Virus record (IMG/VR): IMGVR_UViG_3300002913_000001
Coordinates: 1 to 55,655 of that record
DNA length: 55,655 bases
Source: a virus
Lineage: Duplodnaviria; Caudoviricetes
Reading direction: 5' to 3' (one strand)
The notes below the pieces were generated by a model. It was not told the origin of the DNA, searched no databases, and worked only from the letters and a program-made list of their open reading frames with translations. Below, piece by piece: positions 8,438 to 18,340 of the stretch; the first letter of the stretch is position 1, and every line of letters begins with the position of its first letter. The position numbers were made by a program, and so were the translations under genes.

Positions 8438-9903
8438 TGTTTAAACTGACGTTATTCATAGAACCTAATCATAGAGTACGTGTAACAATACATAGTAAAA
8501 CTCTTAGGCACGCCGGTTTTACCGTATCTCGCCGGGAGTTTGAGCAACTGGTCAGAAAGCCCAGGTTATTTGATTATGTAGACTCTGTCTATATAAATCA
8601 GAAGAACAATAAATACGTTGTAGTTGAAGATGGTATTAAAACTTCGTACAATACTGTTGCGGATAATACTATAGTGTCAGAGCTTATAACCTATAAGAGT
8701 GATTTGGAAACGAGATCCAAAATGTGGATGCGCAGTAAAGGCATACCTTATGTAGCTAAAGGTGAATCCTGCACAGTATCTGAAGACACGCCAGCGCCTA
8801 ATTGCATATGGCTTACGCCTAGAATCAGAGTTGTTTTAGGATTAGATAAGCACATAAAGCCCCCTGAGTTAATAGGCCTCATGCATGGCTGCCCTGTTGT
8901 AGATAGAACAGGTATGGTAGATTTTGGTACATCTAAAATAATTACAGATCATCCCATGCCTGACTTCAGCATCATTGAAGAAAATAGATTAGGTTACTTA
9001 ATGTTAGAGCGTGCAGAAGACTTGTGGCAATGGATTGAGGATGAAGGCCGACTGGGTATTATATGGTGGTCTGGTGGTATAGATTCTACAGCTCTGTTGG
9101 TGGCGATGCTAAGAACATCAACACCTGATAGGATGCAACTCATCAAAGTAGGTATGAATCAACGGTCTATTGAAGAATACCCATCTTTTTTTGAAAAGTA
9201 CGTAAAGAATTTACCTTACATGTTTGTAAGTCATAACGATGGTATGCAAATAGATCTAAATGCCTTACACATTACAGGAGAAATTGGAGATCAGATATTT
9301 GGGTCTGATTATCTACGTGCATGCTTTGGTGGGGGTGGTAGAAACTTTCCTGGTAAAGAACATTTTGCAGGTAACATAAAGGCACCTTGGCAAGATGTTA
9401 TGTCTCTGTTTGTAAAAGATCAACTAAAGGTTAAAGACTTACCTGCTACGTATCACTCACAGATTATGGATACCTATGAGCTTCTGAATACTAAAGCACC
9501 CTTAGAGATTAAAACATTATTTGATTTCTGGTGGTGGAGTAACTTCAACTTAAAGTACACACATGTGTCTAACAGACTTCAAGTTAATTCCCCAGACGCA
9601 GTAACTGCGAGTAAACGTGTTAAATCTTTTTTCGATTCAGATGAATTCCAAAGATGGTCAGTAAGTAATCATGATAAAAAGATAGGCGATACTTGGAAGA
9701 GTTACAAGACACCGTTGAAACGCTTTGTGTATAAATTCAATAAAGATCAAGACTGGTTCGATAACAAAACTAAAGTACAGAGTTTGAGGATGGGGGCTAA
9801 CCCTCAGTTTTTACTTATGGATTCTAACTATAAACGATTTGGTATCGCTGATAAACAGAAACTTATTACAACATATTTCGGAGGGAAAGATGGTAGGGGT
9901 TAA
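8437..9903 (+). CDS. Asparagine-synthetase-like PP-loop ATP pyrophosphatase without glutaminase domain
   Basis: WWSGGIDST PP-loop; ITGEIGDQIFG (AsnB-type SGEGADELFG); no N-terminal Ntn Cys. Confidence 0.75.
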   Translation: MFKLTLFIEPNHRVRVTIHSKTLRHAGFTVSRREFEQLVRKPRLFDYVDSVYINQKNNKYVVVEDGIKTSYNTVADNTIVSELITYKSDLETRSKMWMRSKGIPYVAKGESCTVSEDTPAPNCIWLTPRIRVVLGLDKHIKPPELIGLMHGCPVVDRTGMVDFGTSKIITDHPMPDFSIIEENRLGYLMLERAEDLWQWIEDEGRLGIIWWSGGIDSTALLVAMLRTSTPDRMQLIKVGMNQRSIEEYPSFFEKYVKNLPYMFVSHNDGMQIDLNALHITGEIGDQIFGSDYLRACFGGGGRNFPGKEHFAGNIKAPWQDVMSLFVKDQLKVKDLPATYHSQIMDTYELLNTKAPLEIKTLFDFWWWSNFNLKYTHVSNRLQVNSPDAVTASKRVKSFFDSDEFQRWSVSNHDKKIGDTWKSYKTPLKRFVYKFNKDQDWFDNKTKVQSLRMGANPQFLLMDSNYKRFGIADKQKLITTYFGGKDGRG

Positions 9904-10507
9904 TTACAAAGTACACACTATAGATGCTGGGGATAAAACTACGTTCAAATCAAACGTGGAGGACTTGTACAGTTATAGAGTAGATTGCTCAGGTAAAGAG
10001 GTTACTATTGAAGAAGGTGATAGCGCTTGGTGGATTGAGGGCACTGACGCGCATATGAGACGTGGGCCTGACACTGTAGAAACTAAAGAAGCAGTCACTG
10101 TCATTAGAGGTTACGCTGGTAGAGATCAACGCATAGACATACGAGGTGGAACTAATCTACCTTATATTAATGGTTGTTCATCTGAGCAGATATTTGCACC
10201 AGTAAGACCTGGTGACCCTACACTACAATTACTTTACATACCACCACATGCTAAAGAACAGATGCACCACATACATTCTACAGCCAGGGTAGTTAAAGTA
10301 TTAGAGGGCTCAGGTAAATCAATCATCGGTATGGACAATAAAGAAAGTATAGACCTATACCCTGGCATGATAATAATACTTGATCGAATGATACCTCATC
10401 ACTTTGAAACAGAAGAAGAATCCTTATTAGTAGCGCCTATACATATTTGGAGTAGTACTTCAACAGAACAAAATCACCCCATGTTTCATGGGACGATACA
10501 GACGTAA
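9890..10507 (+). CDS. Cupin-domain protein
   Basis: QMHHIHSTARVVKVLEGSG...IPHHFET cupin metal motifs; likely start ATG 9890 after GGAGGG. Confidence 0.75.
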   Translation: MVGVNYKVHTIDAGDKTTFKSNVEDLYSYRVDCSGKEVTIEEGDSAWWIEGTDAHMRRGPDTVETKEAVTVIRGYAGRDQRIDIRGGTNLPYINGCSSEQIFAPVRPGDPTLQLLYIPPHAKEQMHHIHSTARVVKVLEGSGKSIIGMDNKESIDLYPGMIIILDRMIPHHFETEEESLLVAPIHIWSSTSTEQNHPMFHGTIQT

Positions 10508-10988
10508 CGTGTTCCACTTTACTGCGGATTACCCCGTGTTAAAAGTATTGGAAGATAACTGGGAAAGTATACTTGCTGAATATCTAGCAGTAGCTAATCA
10601 AGTTATCACCTGGCCAGAGCGTCACCTGCACAACGATAAATGGAAAGCTTATGGTTTACTATTTAAAGGCGAATATCTAGATAACGATTGCCCACGTACA
10701 ACTGAAATAGTACGCAACATTCCTGGGGCGTATATAGCAGGTTTTTCTGTACTAAAAGCTGGATGTATTATTAGTCCACATACAGGCTATACAGATAATG
10801 TGTTACGCACACATCTTGGTTTAGTATGCCCAGAGGGTTGTTGGATTAAAGTAGATAACAAATCTTACACCTGGAAAGCAGGTAAGGCTGTACTGTTTAA
10901 TGATATGCTTCTGCACGAAGCTGCAAATGAAAGTGCTGAAGACAGAGTTGTACTTATTGTAGATATACAAAAAGGTGAGGCATGTTAA
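10488..10988 (+). CDS. Aspartyl/asparaginyl beta-hydroxylase family 2OG-Fe(II) oxygenase
   Basis: AGFSVL..G..I.PHTG..LRTHLGL..P..W..GK..LFND..HEA.N..DRVVLIVD. Confidence 0.85.
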   Translation: MGRYRRNVFHFTADYPVLKVLEDNWESILAEYLAVANQVITWPERHLHNDKWKAYGLLFKGEYLDNDCPRTTEIVRNIPGAYIAGFSVLKAGCIISPHTGYTDNVLRTHLGLVCPEGCWIKVDNKSYTWKAGKAVLFNDMLLHEAANESAEDRVVLIVDIQKGEAC

Positions 10989-11707
10989 TCGAGAAAAACA
11001 ATAATTTCAGGGAAGAAACTAATTTTATTACTGCTACAGAGCGTCAGGAATTAAAGGACATAGTTTTATCTATGCAAGATGACTGGACTCCCATATACCC
11101 TGCTGAGGGTAACTTCGGAGCTTCAGCCATAGTAGTTAAAGGTTTATTAGAAAAGCTCGCTAATGCTGGTATAGGTTTCTACCATTTAGGTGATGCGGCT
11201 TACACATTGAAGTGTGGGCGTAAACGTGTCAGTGAAATTGACTTTAAAGTTAGAGACAAATTAGTAGAAAAGGCTGGATGGATATTTAAACGAGTTTGTG
11301 ATAAAGTTACAGAGATAACTGGTGTACCTTCTCAGTTATTCAACCCTAGAGATTTTACATCACCAGGTTTCCACGTAAGTACAGTACCGTTTGATATACC
11401 AGGAGCTGCTGAACTACATCAGGATTTCAGTGTAGTGCGCTACATGGATAATGTTGACGAAGACTCTATAACATCGTTAATAGTTTTAATTGAAGAGCCT
11501 ACGGTGGGAGCATTTCTAGAGTGGGAAGATCCTAATAGCAGAAAGCTATCGCACTACTATTATAAGTATGGGTCACTACATATGTTTAGAGGCAGTTTAT
11601 TCCATAGGGTAGGCAGTTACGAAACTAAATTAGGAGAACATCGTATTACCTTGCAGTGCCATATGTACTACGATAAGAAACTAAAGTGTAATTTCATATA
11701 CTTCTAA
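10982..11707 (+). CDS. 2OG-Fe(II) oxygenase superfamily protein
   Basis: PGFH..LHQD (HxD)..FHRVG (distal His)..RITLQCH (2OG-binding Arg). Confidence 0.7.
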   Translation: MLIEKNNNFREETNFITATERQELKDIVLSMQDDWTPIYPAEGNFGASAIVVKGLLEKLANAGIGFYHLGDAAYTLKCGRKRVSEIDFKVRDKLVEKAGWIFKRVCDKVTEITGVPSQLFNPRDFTSPGFHVSTVPFDIPGAAELHQDFSVVRYMDNVDEDSITSLIVLIEEPTVGAFLEWEDPNSRKLSHYYYKYGSLHMFRGSLFHRVGSYETKLGEHRITLQCHMYYDKKLKCNFIYF

Positions 11708-11802
11708 CTGCAGATAGTTAGAGGTATCCACATAAATGGGGCTAAAATTATGATAAAATCAAAAAAAATTATATACGGTTGTAATATGGTAGGATACGCA
11801 CT

Positions 11803-13974
11803 ATGAAGAGTAATACAACAGACTTAGACCTTGATCCGACAGAACTGGATACATTAGTAGAATGGTCTAATCCACCTAAAATTGAAGACCTTAAGCAAGA
11901 CTTAACTGAAGCACAGTCGGCACACACTGATCACATTATTAATGTAGATAAGTGGCTAAGTGCTTTAAATGGTGACCAGAAACTTAATACTAAGCCTGGA
12001 CGTTCTAAAATTGTGCCTAAGCTTATACGTAAACAAGCTGAATGGAGATACGCATCATTAAGTGAACCTTTCCTATCTACAGATGACCTGTTTAACACAG
12101 CACCTGCTACCTTTGAAGATAAGCAAGCTGCTGAGCAAAATGGCCAAGTACTTAACTATCAGATTAATTGTAAGATAGATAAGACCAAATTTATTGATGA
12201 GTATGTCCGTACTTGTGTAGATGAAGGTACAGCCGTTGTTAAATTAGGTTGGGAGTATGAAGAGGAAATTGAAGAAATAGAAGTTCCTGATTTTGATTTC
12301 CAACCGACACCTGAAGCAGGTCAAGTACATCAACAGTTACATGGAATGATGGAACAAAGCCCTGAACAGTTTCAACAGGAAGTTCCACCTGAGATGCAAC
12401 AAGCACATCAGATGACTATGCAAGGTGGTACACCTGTAATGCCTGTACAAGTAGGAACACATACAGAAGAACAAGTTAAAATTATTAAGAATCAACCTAC
12501 TATAGAAGTATGTGATTACAACAATGTAATCATTGACCCAACCTGTGAAGGTGATATGGATAAGGCTGAGTTTATCATCTATAGTTTTGAGACATCTATG
12601 TCTCAACTAAAGAAAGATGGAAGATACAAGAATTTAGATTTAGTTGATTTAGATAGTGGCAGTGCTTTAGTAACAGCTGACCACGCAGTTGATGACGACT
12701 CCAACTTCACATTCAAAGATAAACCACGTAAAAAGATAGTAGCCTATGAATACTGGGGCTTCTGGGATATCAATGAAACAGGTGAAGTAGAGCCTTTTGT
12801 GGCCACCTGGGTAGGTAGTACACTTATACGTATGGAAGAAAATCCTTTTCCGGATAAGAAGTTACCTTTCATATTAGTTCAATACTTACCTAACCGTAAG
12901 TCAGTTTATGGTGAACCTGATGGTGTACTAATCGAAGATAATCAAAAGATTATTGGTGCTGTAACCAGAGGCATGATTGATGTTATCGGTCGTAGTGCTA
13001 ACGGGCAGATGGGTACACGTAAGGACGCATTAGACGTAGCTAACTACCGTAAGTTTGAACGTGGTGAAGACTTTAAGTTCAATGCTAACGTAGACCCTAG
13101 GCAAGCTTTCCATATGGAAACTTATCCAGAGATCCCGGGCAGTGCATTAAATATGCTCACACTTCAGAATAATGAAGCTGAGTCTTTAACCGGCGTTAAA
13201 GCATTTAGCTCAGGTATTTCAGGTCAAGCATTAGGTACAACAGCAACAGGTATCAGATCCGCATTAGATGCTACATCTAAACGTGAGCTAGGTATCTTGC
13301 GCAGGTTAGCTAATGGTATTAACCAGATAGGTCGCAAGATCATATCTATGAATGCTGAGTTCTTGAATGATGAAGAAATCGTTAGAGTAACTAACGAAGA
13401 GTTCGTAGCTATCAATCGTGAAGACTTAGGTGGAAACTACGACATCAAACTGAATATCTCTACTGCTGAAGCTGATACAGAGAAAGCTCAAGAGTTATCA
13501 TTTATGTTACAGACTATGGGTAACAATATGCCTCCTGAGATGTCACAGATGGTATTATCAGATATTGCTAAGTTACGTAAAATGCCTGAGTTAGCTAAGA
13601 AGATAGCTGACTACCAACCTCAACCAGATCCTATGCAGCAGCAGAAAGCTCAGTTAGAGTTACAGTTGTTACAGGCACAGATTGCTAATGAGACTGCTAA
13701 AGCTCAAGAGAATCAAGTTGATGTAGGCCTTAAACAAGCTAAGACAGTTACAGAGCAAGCTAAAGCCAGAGGTATGGATAGTAAATCTGATCTAGATGAT
13801 TTAGACTTTGTAAATAAAGAGTCTGGTGTACCTGATGCTAATAAAGAGGAACAAATGAAGTTAGCTCATGGACAGGAAATGCAAAAGAAAGAGTTTGATA
13901 GACTATCAAATTTAGATAATAAAGCGATAGACAGTATGGCACAAGAAGCTAATACTAATTATCCGGGGTTATAA
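11803..13974 (+). CDS. Portal protein (N4 gp59-like)
   Basis: WSNPPKIEDLKQD..GRSKIVPKLIRKQAEWRY.SLSEPFL..CVDEGT..GRSANGQ..EAESLTGVKAF; N4 synteny. Confidence 0.95.
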   Translation: MKSNTTDLDLDPTELDTLVEWSNPPKIEDLKQDLTEAQSAHTDHIINVDKWLSALNGDQKLNTKPGRSKIVPKLIRKQAEWRYASLSEPFLSTDDLFNTAPATFEDKQAAEQNGQVLNYQINCKIDKTKFIDEYVRTCVDEGTAVVKLGWEYEEEIEEIEVPDFDFQPTPEAGQVHQQLHGMMEQSPEQFQQEVPPEMQQAHQMTMQGGTPVMPVQVGTHTEEQVKIIKNQPTIEVCDYNNVIIDPTCEGDMDKAEFIIYSFETSMSQLKKDGRYKNLDLVDLDSGSALVTADHAVDDDSNFTFKDKPRKKIVAYEYWGFWDINETGEVEPFVATWVGSTLIRMEENPFPDKKLPFILVQYLPNRKSVYGEPDGVLIEDNQKIIGAVTRGMIDVIGRSANGQMGTRKDALDVANYRKFERGEDFKFNANVDPRQAFHMETYPEIPGSALNMLTLQNNEAESLTGVKAFSSGISGQALGTTATGIRSALDATSKRELGILRRLANGINQIGRKIISMNAEFLNDEEIVRVTNEEFVAINREDLGGNYDIKLNISTAEADTEKAQELSFMLQTMGNNMPPEMSQMVLSDIAKLRKMPELAKKIADYQPQPDPMQQQKAQLELQLLQAQIANETAKAQENQVDVGLKQAKTVTEQAKARGMDSKSDLDDLDFVNKESGVPDANKEEQMKLAHGQEMQKKEFDRLSNLDNKAIDSMAQEANTNYPGL

Positions 13975-13998
13975 TAATACTTACTGGGAGGTAAAGGT

Positions 13999-14337
13999 AT
14001 GACAAATGAGGAACAGTTAGAACATCTAGATGATAGTATGGCAGAAGCTAAACGCTTCATTGATATTAGAGATAGCATAGTTAAGTTGGAGAAGAATCGT
14101 GAATTTAAAAAAGTAATTACAGATTACTACTTTAAAGATGAAGCTGCTAGACTAGTTATGGCTAAGAGTTCTAGTCTCACAGAAGACCAACAAGTAGTTA
14201 TAGATAAAATGATCTATGGCATAGGCTCACTCGCTAAGTTTTTAGATAGCGCTGTAGCTCGTGGTAATCAAGCAGAACAGGCATATGCTGAAGATGAACA
14301 AGCTAAAGAAGAAATCATTGCGGAGGGCTTACTATAA
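13999..14337 (+). CDS. N4 gp58-like protein
   Basis: LEKNREFKKVI..YF.DEAARLV motif; directly after portal. Confidence 0.7.
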   Translation: MTNEEQLEHLDDSMAEAKRFIDIRDSIVKLEKNREFKKVITDYYFKDEAARLVMAKSSSLTEDQQVVIDKMIYGIGSLAKFLDSAVARGNQAEQAYAEDEQAKEEIIAEGLL

Positions 14338-15524
14338 TGGCATTAGATAACGCATTAGGTATGACAGATGAGGAATTCTTAAACCAAGACTTAAGCACTC
14401 TTGAAGACGAATTTGACAACCAAGAATTAGAGGCTAGCACATCTCAAGAGGATGAGCAGCCTACACAAGATACTGAAGTAACAGAAGAGCTAACTTCTGA
14501 AGCAGATGTAGAAGATCAGGTAACTGATCCTCAAAATAACGCCCAGGAGCAACCTGAGCCAGAACCTATAGTAGCTGAAAACAGCCAACCTTTTGAGGAT
14601 ACTCAAGCGGAGCAAGAACCAGAAGCTAAAAGTACTGAGCCAGCGTCTCTTGATACAGAAGACAAAGTAAGTGACACAGATGGGGATACCCAGGAAACAC
14701 CTACCGTAGACTTCCAAGGAGCATATGAGAAGATTTTCTCACCGTTCAAAGCCAATGGCACTGAGATGCGGGTTGATACAGTTGATGATGTAATGTCATT
14801 AATGAAGATGGGAGCTAACTATCAGAAGAAGATGGCTGCATTAGCACCTAATCTAAAGATAGTTAAGATGCTTGAGAAGAATAACTTACTAGACGCTAGT
14901 AAGTTAAATAACTTAATCGACTTATCTAAGAACAACCCTGCAGCGATTTCCAAGCTAATTAAGGACAGTGGGATAGATCCTCTTGATATTGATACTGATG
15001 AAGATGTGCAATACACACCGAATGAGTACCATGTATCAGACAAAGAGTACAAGTTAGATGAAGCGCTTGAAGGTATTAAGGATAGTTCCACCTTCAAACA
15101 AACTATTGATGTACTGAGTACACAGTGGGATACTGAGAGTAAAAATGTTATCTCAGATAATCCACAGTTTATCGGTATTATTGATGAGCATATGCAGAAT
15201 GGCGTGTATGCTGAGATTAATAAGTTAATTACGAAAGAACGAGCTCTAGGTAGACTAGAAGGAATGTCTGACATAAATGCTTATAAACAAGCTGCGCAAT
15301 ATTTAGCTAGTACTGGTGTTTTGAATGATACTGGTGTACCCTCGGCTGCAGTTACACAACCTGTGTCAGATGTATCAAGTAAGACTAAAGCACAGAACGA
15401 TGCGAAGCTTTCCAATAAAAGGAAAGCGGCAGCATCAACAAAGACTAGTAGCAAACCTGCGACTTCTCAACCAGACTTCTTGAAGATGACGGATGATGAG
15501 TTTATGAAAATGGCTGCTGTCTAA
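14337..15524 (+). CDS. N4 gp57-like protein (scaffold-like, often labelled tape measure)
   Basis: Acidic N-terminus; PFKANG..LMKMGANYQKKM; MTDEEF/MTDDEF at both ends; precedes capsid. Confidence 0.8.
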   Translation: MALDNALGMTDEEFLNQDLSTLEDEFDNQELEASTSQEDEQPTQDTEVTEELTSEADVEDQVTDPQNNAQEQPEPEPIVAENSQPFEDTQAEQEPEAKSTEPASLDTEDKVSDTDGDTQETPTVDFQGAYEKIFSPFKANGTEMRVDTVDDVMSLMKMGANYQKKMAALAPNLKIVKMLEKNNLLDASKLNNLIDLSKNNPAAISKLIKDSGIDPLDIDTDEDVQYTPNEYHVSDKEYKLDEALEGIKDSSTFKQTIDVLSTQWDTESKNVISDNPQFIGIIDEHMQNGVYAEINKLITKERALGRLEGMSDINAYKQAAQYLASTGVLNDTGVPSAAVTQPVSDVSSKTKAQNDAKLSNKRKAAASTKTSSKPATSQPDFLKMTDDEFMKMAAV

Positions 15525-15552
15525 TTTTAAAGAAGCTTTATAGGAGAATATA

Positions 15553-16794
15553 ATGGCTCAAGTATATGGAAATGGTTCCAACTCAACAATCGGTGCACAG
15601 GCTCGCACAGATTTTTATAACAAAAAGGCGCTAATTGCAGTACGCGATAAGCAGTACTTCATGCCTTTAGCAGATGTTCAGGCTATGCCTAAGCATCACG
15701 GTAAGACTATCAAACAAGACGTTTACCGTCCTTTGTTAGACAACCTAAACGTTAATGACCAAGGTATTGACGCTGCTGGTTCTACATTAGATAACTCTAA
15801 GTTCTCTGCGTGGAATGCTGCTGGTGTTTTACAAGGTTCTTCATACGCTACTGCAGCAGCTGCGACTACTGCTGCTGGTACAGGTGGTTTCACTTCACAG
15901 AATACAGGTAACCTTTATGGTTCAGCTACGGATATCGGTACGATTTCTCATAAGCTTCCTGCATTAACTGAGAATGGTGGCCGTGTTAACCGTGTTGGTT
16001 TTACTCGTGATCAAATCACTGGTTCAATCGTTAAGCAAGGTTTCTTCACTGAGTACACACAAGAGTCTTTAGACTTTGACAGTGATTCAGAGTTGATGTC
16101 ACACATCACTACTGAAATGGTACAAGGTGCGACTGAGCTTACTGAAGCTGCGTTACAAGTAGACTTACTTAACTCTGCTACTGGTTCAGGTACTGTTAAG
16201 TTCCCAGGTACTGCTACTTCTAAAGCAACTGTATCTGGTACAGCTGACTATGAAGACCTTATGCAATTATCTATCGCTTTAGATAACGCTAAGTGTCCTA
16301 AGCAAACTAAAGTAATCACTGGTTCACGTATGACTGATACTCGTACTGTTAACGGTGGCCGTGTAATGTACATTGGTCCTGACTTGATTCCTCTAGTTCG
16401 TAAGATGACTGACATTTCTGGTTCAGGTGTAGGTTCTGGTTTTACTTCTGTAGAGAAGTATGCTGATGCTGCTAACATCCTTAACGGTGAGATTGGTGCT
16501 GTAGATCAGTTCCGTATCGTTGTTGTTCCTGAGATGCAGTATGATGCAGGTGCAGGCGCTTCTAGTGCTGACATCTACCCTATGCTTGTTGTAGGTGATG
16601 GTTCATTTACTACTATCGGTTTCCAAACTGATGGTAAGACTGTGAAGTTCACTACTACACACAAGAAGCCAGGTAAAGATATTGCAGACCTTAACGATCC
16701 GTACGGTGAGAAAGGTTTCTACTCTATCAAATGGTACTACGGCTTCATGGCATTACGCCCTGAACGTTTAGGTATCATCTGGACTAAAGCGTAA
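15553..16794 (+). CDS. Major capsid protein (N4 gp56-like)
   Basis: [64 protein letters not shown]. Confidence 0.97.
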   Translation: MAQVYGNGSNSTIGAQARTDFYNKKALIAVRDKQYFMPLADVQAMPKHHGKTIKQDVYRPLLDNLNVNDQGIDAAGSTLDNSKFSAWNAAGVLQGSSYATAAAATTAAGTGGFTSQNTGNLYGSATDIGTISHKLPALTENGGRVNRVGFTRDQITGSIVKQGFFTEYTQESLDFDSDSELMSHITTEMVQGATELTEAALQVDLLNSATGSGTVKFPGTATSKATVSGTADYEDLMQLSIALDNAKCPKQTKVITGSRMTDTRTVNGGRVMYIGPDLIPLVRKMTDISGSGVGSGFTSVEKYADAANILNGEIGAVDQFRIVVVPEMQYDAGAGASSADIYPMLVVGDGSFTTIGFQTDGKTVKFTTTHKKPGKDIADLNDPYGEKGFYSIKWYYGFMALRPERLGIIWTKA

Positions 16795-16807
16795 GCTTTA
16801 AACCTTT

Positions 16808-16844
16808 GGTAGCCCGTTAGCACGCAAGTGCGGTGCGGGCTGCC
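16808..16844 (+). promoter_or_regulatory. GC-rich hairpin after the capsid gene (mRNA stabiliser or partial terminator)
   Basis: GGTAGCCCG..GCAC-GCAA-GTGC..CGGGCTGCC with a GNRA loop; no U-tract. Confidence 0.6.
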
Positions 16845-16866
16845 TCACTAATTCCCGGGAGGAACT

Positions 16867-17451
16867 ATGAACATGAACGAAATGACATCTAAACAGATAA
16901 GCGATAAGCTAGCCGAACACGGTATTAAGATGCACTTTAATTCAAACAGATTAAAGCTTGAGGAAGCTTTAAATAATTTAACAAGTAATAATGAGGATAA
17001 CATTATGGAAGCAGCAGTACAAGACAACGGAGTCACAGAAATTACTCCTGACATGCTAGAAGATTTTAAAATCAACGGCGTAGAACTAGAAGGACTTCGT
17101 GAGCAAGACGCCATGAAACTAATCAGAGTAATCGTTAGACCTAACGATCCACTGAAGCTAGACGCTAATGGTGAAATCTTTACATTCGGTAATAGCACAG
17201 CTAACCGAGGTAAGTCTGTACGTAAGTATGTACCTTTCAATAATGATGAAGGCTGGCACATTCCTAATATTATCTTTGAAAACATCAAGGCTGCTGAGTG
17301 TCAAATCTTTAAAAAGATTACACGTAATGGTCAAGACACTATGGAATCTACAACTATCAAAGCTTACAACGTAGAGGTATTACCTCCACTTACACAAGCT
17401 GAGATTGATAAGATTGCAGTTAAACAAAAGGCAACTAATTCATTAGGATAA
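16867..17451 (+). CDS. N4 gp55-like virion protein
   Basis: AMKLIRV...GEIFTFGN..RKYVPF..GWHIPNII..EVLPPLT.AE. Confidence 0.8.
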   Translation: MNMNEMTSKQISDKLAEHGIKMHFNSNRLKLEEALNNLTSNNEDNIMEAAVQDNGVTEITPDMLEDFKINGVELEGLREQDAMKLIRVIVRPNDPLKLDANGEIFTFGNSTANRGKSVRKYVPFNNDEGWHIPNIIFENIKAAECQIFKKITRNGQDTMESTTIKAYNVEVLPPLTQAEIDKIAVKQKATNSLG

Positions 17452-17455
17452 AACT

Positions 17456-18331
17456 ATGGCTACAATCAATACTTCAGATTTAACGCAAGCTAGCGGCGTA
17501 ACTACTAGTACAGACGGTAAATACACTGTAACGGGTACTGGAGTATTTGATGACCTTATGGAGGCCGTTAACGCCCATCTAAGCGCCCAGTTTAGTTTAG
17601 GTAGACTAACAGGTACCGATTACGCTACGGTGTACTTAGGAGCTATTCAGAGCTCTCTACAGAACTCTGTACAGTTTGTTTTAGGTAAGCAGCAAGCAGA
17701 CAAGCAAGCAGATTTAATTGCTTCTCAGATAATTACAGAGACTCAAAGTAAAGATGCTGACTTAGCTATCAAGCGTCAGCAAATTATCAATGAGCACTTC
17801 CAAAATGGTATGGAAGTTAATGAGTACATCTGGGAAGTTGAGTATGTGGGTAATCTAGGTAAAACGTACACGTACGTAACTATCGAGAACCTTACTGAGA
17901 ATGATGTTATAGCCTTGATGACGGCTGACCCACATGAAGTAGCTTACCCTGTAGTTAGCTCTGTTACTCTTAACCAAACTAACAACTTACAACATAAGGG
18001 TGAATCTACTGCGTCTACTATGATTGCTAAGACTCAAGAGGAACGCGACTTACTTAAACAGAAACGCATTACTGAGCATGCTCAAACATTGACTGAAACT
18101 ATTGGTTCTACTATTGCTACGGGAAGTATTATGGGTAAGCAATCAGAGTTATTTACACAACAAGCTGATGGCTTTAAGAATGATGCCAAGAACGCATTCA
18201 ATAAGAACATGGCTGATATCATCAAGATGCAGATTAACACTGCTGGTGACTTTAATGCGAGTAAGTATATCGATGTAGGACATTTATTAGACGTCTTCCC
18301 AAGTGACCCTAACGTAACACCGTCAACGTAA
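17456..18331 (+). CDS. N4 gp54-like virion protein
   Basis: GTGVFDDLM.AV.AHL..GRLTGTDYA.VYL..GSIMGKQ.EL...Q.DGF. Confidence 0.75.
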   Translation: MATINTSDLTQASGVTTSTDGKYTVTGTGVFDDLMEAVNAHLSAQFSLGRLTGTDYATVYLGAIQSSLQNSVQFVLGKQQADKQADLIASQIITETQSKDADLAIKRQQIINEHFQNGMEVNEYIWEVEYVGNLGKTYTYVTIENLTENDVIALMTADPHEVAYPVVSSVTLNQTNNLQHKGESTASTMIAKTQEERDLLKQKRITEHAQTLTETIGSTIATGSIMGKQSELFTQQADGFKNDAKNAFNKNMADIIKMQINTAGDFNASKYIDVGHLLDVFPSDPNVTPST

Positions 18332-18340
18332 TTTAGTGCC

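Noticed and set aside
8437-9903. QueC / 7-deazaguanine DNA-modification pathway
   Set aside because: No QueC C-terminal Cys zinc motif, an AsnB-type second motif, and no FolE/QueD/QueE/DpdA in the window.
11726-11737. 12-mer ATCCACATAAAT shared with 36546-36557 (possible antisense link to the portal leader)
   Set aside because: One AT-rich 12-mer match can arise by chance and does not extend on either side.
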